Shown here in pieces: positions 60,159-64,000 of a stretch of 64,000 nt of DNA. The DNA comes from Limnothrix sp. BL-A-16 (GTDB taxonomy: Bacteria > Cyanobacteriota > Cyanobacteriia > CACIAM-69d). The stretch is taken from the NCBI GenBank assembly GCA_041937175.2, contig CP166615.1:2368001-2432000 (forward strand), given 5' to 3'. The notes below the pieces were generated by a model that saw nothing but the letters and a program-made list of their open reading frames with translations, did not search any database and was not told where the DNA came from. Both the position numbers and the translations under genes were made by a program. Numbering within the stretch: position 1 is the stretch's first letter; each line of letters begins with the position of its first letter.

Positions 60159-60379
60159 TAAGCCCCTTGTCCCTTAGGTTTCTTGTTCCTCATGATCTCG
60201 GAACACCAGCATCAAGGTTTTAGGCGATTTAACAACAATCCCTCAAGGAGTTTTGGATAACCTAAAAAACTCCAGCCAAAGGATCAGAGTGCTTTTCGGT
60301 TAGCCAAAGGGCGATCGCCCCAATGGCGGTCAATAACTCCATCGAAAAATGGGTACGCTAGCATGGGCAAAAACATCCT

Positions 60380-61195
60380 ATGTTGCACCCAATTTCGTTG
60401 GCGCGATTGAAAACAACCGATCGCATCACGGCCGCCGATTGGCTCGCTTACTTCCAACAAAATCACAGCCAATTACTGGCGATTAATTGGCAACAGGCCG
60501 GGGGCTTCACCCCCCAAGAACAAAAACGGTTTCGTCAATCGATCGCCATTTTTCAGTTGGGGGAAAGCTCCGAAGGCCATCGGCTGATGCGAACGGTGCG
60601 GGCCTGGGTTGCTCAAGGGGCGGATCCCGTTTGGGTGGATGTGTTCAAGTGGTTTGTGCGGGAAGAACAGCGCCACGCGGCGGACTTGGGGCGACTGCTC
60701 GATCGCCAACAGCTTCCCCGCCTGCGACACCACTGGGCCGACGCGGCCTTTCGGTGGCTGCGGGGGGGCATGAATTGGGAATTGGCGCTGGCGATGTTGT
60801 TAACGGCGGAGGTGATGGGGTTGTTGTATGCCCGAGCCTTGCAGGGGGCGACGGCCCACCCGATCGCCCAAGCGGTTGCATGGCAAATTGAGTGGGATGA
60901 AAGTCAGCATTTGCAAATGCAGGGTCAGTTATTGGCCCAATTGCGCCAAGGCCGATCGCCCCTGAAGCGGAGGTTAACCCATGTGGCCCATCGCTGGTTT
61001 TTGGCCCTGACTCTGGGAGCCGTGTGGTTAGATCATCGTTCGGTGTTTCGGGCGGCGGGTTGGACATTTTGGTCTTTTGCCCGAGTGGCCATGGCCGAAC
61101 TCAACCAAGCGATCGACCCGAGGCCGTTGACGATGCCGCGCCCCATCGTTCAGCCCATTTCTCGACAACAACGCTCCAGATCCCAAGATGATTAG
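60380..61195 (+). CDS. Ferritin-like (diiron four-helix bundle) protein
   Basis: LGESSEG, REEQRH, AEVMG..Y, DESQH give the E..ExxH..E..ExxH pattern. Confidence 0.75.
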   Translation: MLHPISLARLKTTDRITAADWLAYFQQNHSQLLAINWQQAGGFTPQEQKRFRQSIAIFQLGESSEGHRLMRTVRAWVAQGADPVWVDVFKWFVREEQRHAADLGRLLDRQQLPRLRHHWADAAFRWLRGGMNWELALAMLLTAEVMGLLYARALQGATAHPIAQAVAWQIEWDESQHLQMQGQLLAQLRQGRSPLKRRLTHVAHRWFLALTLGAVWLDHRSVFRAAGWTFWSFARVAMAELNQAIDPRPLTMPRPIVQPISRQQRSRSQDD

Positions 61196-62246
61196 ATTAG
61201 CTATTCCCATTGGCGACCCGGCGGGCATTGGGCCTGAAGTCGTGCTGAAGGCACTGGCGGATCCGGCGGTGGCGGCTTTGCGGCCGGTGCTGGTGGGGAG
61301 CCGATCGATCCTGGCCCACACCTACGCACAACTTCAGCCGCGCAGTTCCCAGCCGATCGCCGACCCGGCCAAATTGAGGATCCTGGATATTCCGATCGAC
61401 CCGCTGTTGGAGCGATCGATTTACTTGGGAGTCGAAAATGCAGCCGCCGGAGCCGCCAGCTTCACTTGGCTCGATGCGGCCCTGGCGGCCACGGCGGCGG
61501 GCCGGTTTGCGGCAATTGTCACCGCGCCGATCAGCAAAGCCGCCTGGCATTCAGCGGGCCACGCCTTCCCTGGACAAACGGAGGTTTGTGCCGAGCGGGC
61601 CGGGGTCGATCGGTTTGGGATGGCCTTTGTGGGTCGATCGCCCCAAACCGGTTGGAAACTTTGCGCCCTATTGGCCACCGCCCATATTCCCTTGCATCAG
61701 GTTCCTGTGGTGCTCACACCAGAACTGCTCGATCGCAAGCTAGATTTGCTGATCACCATGCTCGATCGGGACTTGGGGATCACCCATCCCACCATCGCGA
61801 TCGCCGGCTTGAATCCCCACAGCGGCGAAGGGGGACAACTGGGCACCGAGGAGCGCGATTGGCTGATTCCCTGGTTGGCCCAAGCACGCGATCGCTACCC
61901 CAACGCCACCCTCCGCGGCCCCATTCCCCCAGACACCATGTGGGTAACAGCGGGCCAAGCTTGGTTTGGACCCACCATGCCAGCCGGGTTACCCGATGCC
62001 TACTTAGCGCTTTATCACGACCAAGGGTTGATTCCCGTGAAGCTGATGGCCTTCGATCGCGCCGTCAACACCACAATCGGCCTGCCCTTTGTGCGCACCT
62101 CCCCCGACCACGGCACGGCCTTTGATATTGCCGGCCAAGGCATTGCCAACCCCGCCAGCATGATTGAGGCAATCCATTGGGCGATCGAACTCACGGAAAC
62201 CCGCAACCAATGGCGCGATCGAGTTGTGGCCACTTACCGAGAATAA
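61188..62246 (+). CDS. pdxA: 4-hydroxythreonine-4-phosphate dehydrogenase
   Basis: [46 protein letters not shown]. Confidence 0.96.
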   Translation: MIRLAIPIGDPAGIGPEVVLKALADPAVAALRPVLVGSRSILAHTYAQLQPRSSQPIADPAKLRILDIPIDPLLERSIYLGVENAAAGAASFTWLDAALAATAAGRFAAIVTAPISKAAWHSAGHAFPGQTEVCAERAGVDRFGMAFVGRSPQTGWKLCALLATAHIPLHQVPVVLTPELLDRKLDLLITMLDRDLGITHPTIAIAGLNPHSGEGGQLGTEERDWLIPWLAQARDRYPNATLRGPIPPDTMWVTAGQAWFGPTMPAGLPDAYLALYHDQGLIPVKLMAFDRAVNTTIGLPFVRTSPDHGTAFDIAGQGIANPASMIEAIHWAIELTETRNQWRDRVVATYRE

Positions 62247-62277
62247 TCGGCCCCTCCAATTCACGGGAATTGGGGGT

Positions 62278-63573
62278 TTAGGCTTTCGCTTGTGCGTAAT
62301 AGTCGCGCGTGCCCTTCACCTCGATCGCTTCCCGCAGGCGATCGAGCGCATGGACATAGGCCGCCGTCCGCAGGGACAAATCCAGCGATTGGGCAAGCTG
62401 CCAAATCCGCTCCGTTTCGCGGGTCATCCGTTCCGCCAACCGCTGTTCCACCTCTGCCGCCGACCAATACAAACCGCTCCGATTTTGCACCCATTCAAAG
62501 TAGCTAACGGTCACACCGCCTGCATTGGTCAAAATGTCTGGCAAAACATAAATTCCCTTTTGACTCAGGATGCGATCGGCCTCAAAGGTAATGGGCCCGT
62601 TCGCCACTTCAAAGATCAGCTTGGCCTGGATTCGATCGGCGTTTTCCGTTGTAATTTGATTCTCCAGCGCCGCCGGAATTAACACATCAACGGGCAGCTC
62701 CAAGAGTGCTTCATTGGTAATCGATTGATGATCTGCCATGCTGCAAACCGTACCATGGCAGTAAAGGGCCTCCATGCCGCGCCCCGCTTCTTTGTTTTGG
62801 CGAATGGCAGGAATATCTAACCCCGCTGGAGCGTAAATCCCGCCCTTGGAATCGCTGACCGCCACCACTCGATAGCCCGCCCGATGGATTTGTTCAGCCA
62901 AAAAACTGCCCGCATTACCAAATCCTTGAATGGCAACGGTGGTTTCGGCCGGTGGGCGATCGAACTTGGGCAAAATGGTTTGCATCACAAAAAACGCCCC
63001 CATGGCCGTGGCTGTTTCGCGGCCCGCACTGCCGCCCAGGGCGATCGGCTTGCCCGTCACTACCGCCGGACAGGACTTGCGCTGAATGATGTTGTAGCGA
63101 TCCATCATCCAACCCATAATCGTGGCGTTGGTGTAAACATCGGGGGCCAAAATATCCACATCGGGCCCAATAAAATCCGCGATCGCATCAATATAGCCGC
63201 GCGTTAAACGCTCCAATTCCAATCGCGAAAGCTGCTTGGGATTAACTGTAATGCCACCCTTGCCACCGCCAAAGGGTAAATCCAAAACCGCACATTTAAA
63301 GGTCATCCAAAAGGCTAAGGACGTGACCTCATCCAACGACACTTGAGGATGATAGCGAACGCCACCTTTGGCAGGGCCGCGTGTATCGTCATAGCGAACT
63401 CGGTAGCCCTGAAAAACTTGCAGTGATCCATCATCCATCCGCACGGGAATTGAAACTTGCAGACTGGCTTTGGGATGTTTTAAATGTTCGATCGCATCTT
63501 CCGAAATGGCGATATGCTTCAGGGCCAAATCGAGATTTTGGCGCGCACCCACAAACAGCGATTGGCTTTCCAT
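62278..63573 (-). CDS. gdhA: Glu/Leu/Phe/Val dehydrogenase, probable glutamate dehydrogenase
   Basis: GPAKGGVRY, GGGKGG, APDV, VVTGKP, QGFGNAG, NAGGVTVSYFEWVQN. Confidence 0.9.
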   Translation of the reverse strand: MESQSLFVGARQNLDLALKHIAISEDAIEHLKHPKASLQVSIPVRMDDGSLQVFQGYRVRYDDTRGPAKGGVRYHPQVSLDEVTSLAFWMTFKCAVLDLPFGGGKGGITVNPKQLSRLELERLTRGYIDAIADFIGPDVDILAPDVYTNATIMGWMMDRYNIIQRKSCPAVVTGKPIALGGSAGRETATAMGAFFVMQTILPKFDRPPAETTVAIQGFGNAGSFLAEQIHRAGYRVVAVSDSKGGIYAPAGLDIPAIRQNKEAGRGMEALYCHGTVCSMADHQSITNEALLELPVDVLIPAALENQITTENADRIQAKLIFEVANGPITFEADRILSQKGIYVLPDILTNAGGVTVSYFEWVQNRSGLYWSAAEVEQRLAERMTRETERIWQLAQSLDLSLRTAAYVHALDRLREAIEVKGTRDYYAQAKA

Positions 63574-63623
63574 GCTTCGGGTCGTCCTCTGAAGGTAATC
63601 GGAGCAACCTTCTTGATTAAATT

Positions 63624-63637
63624 GTAGTCTTTGTTAC
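63624..63637 (-). promoter_or_regulatory. NtcA box GTA-N8-TAC overlapping a putative -10 (TACAAT) of gdhA
   Basis: Minus strand reads GTAACAAAGACTACAAT, about 50 bp upstream of the gdhA ATG. Confidence 0.7.
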
Positions 63638-64000
63638 GGTTTGCTCGCTAGTCCAGGGTTCAAGCAAGAACTAGGCAGGGATCAAGCAGAGATTACGTGG
63701 GAATCGAGCCAAATTCTGAAAACCCGGGCGATCGCCCGGTGGCTGGGATCATCCTCTGGCAACCCAAAACCGAACAGGGCCCGTGGTCAGATCCCAAACG
63801 CCAGGATTAAGATGGGCCCGATGTGCGGAGGATGGCTCGATCGCTCCCCAATTGTGACCTTTTCCCGATCGCGATTGTCCTGAGTTCAAGGGCGGCCAAG
63901 AGCCGTTCGATCGAACCCAGCCGTAGTCTCATCCTCCCCACAGCATCCTCCTAGAATGCCCTTGACCATGGAATGGAATCCCGAAACAACTTGGATCTTT

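Noticed and set aside
1..64000. High GCGATCGC/CGATCG density as a new repeat
   Set aside because: This is the well-known cyanobacterial HIP1 sequence

Overview
A 64 kb chromosomal window from a moderately GC-rich cyanobacterium. The HIP1 octamer GCGATCGC and its CGATCG core are dense, and ccmP, opcA and an sbtA/sbtB-like pair are present; the genus cannot be established from this window. Most of it is housekeeping: rpsB-tsf, uxs-ugd, a GAF-GAF-PAS adenylate cyclase, recN, rimM, metF, sodB, a carotenoid oxygenase, queA, mreBCD, mnmA, moaE, fbp-zwf-opcA, pdxA and gdhA. Two accessory blocks stand out. (1) About 22.9-32.2 kb is a co-directional, apparently sulfur-related cluster and the best candidate for an undescribed system. 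It encodes an exported rhodanese, a DUF4242 protein, an acyl-CoA-dehydrogenase-fold flavoprotein, an ABC importer with a Tat-exported binding protein, a small rhodanese, and a soluble histidine kinase with a TtrS/ThsS-like PhnD-fold sensor, all preceded by two copies of a 22-bp palindrome. (2) About 11.8-15.1 kb holds a DUF433 antitoxin, a truncated DUF5615 toxin and a compositionally chimeric NACHT-HEAT STAND NTPase. Intergenic DNA carries at least three MITE families. One inserts at the TA of stop codons and has one copy with a 5x44-bp internal amplification. There are also REP/REPIN-like GTAG palindromes, short tandem repeats, an rpsB leader structure, and a consensus NtcA box overlapping the putative -10 of gdhA. 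No rRNA, tRNA, CRISPR array or transposase was recognised. All family assignments come from motif recognition, not database searches.
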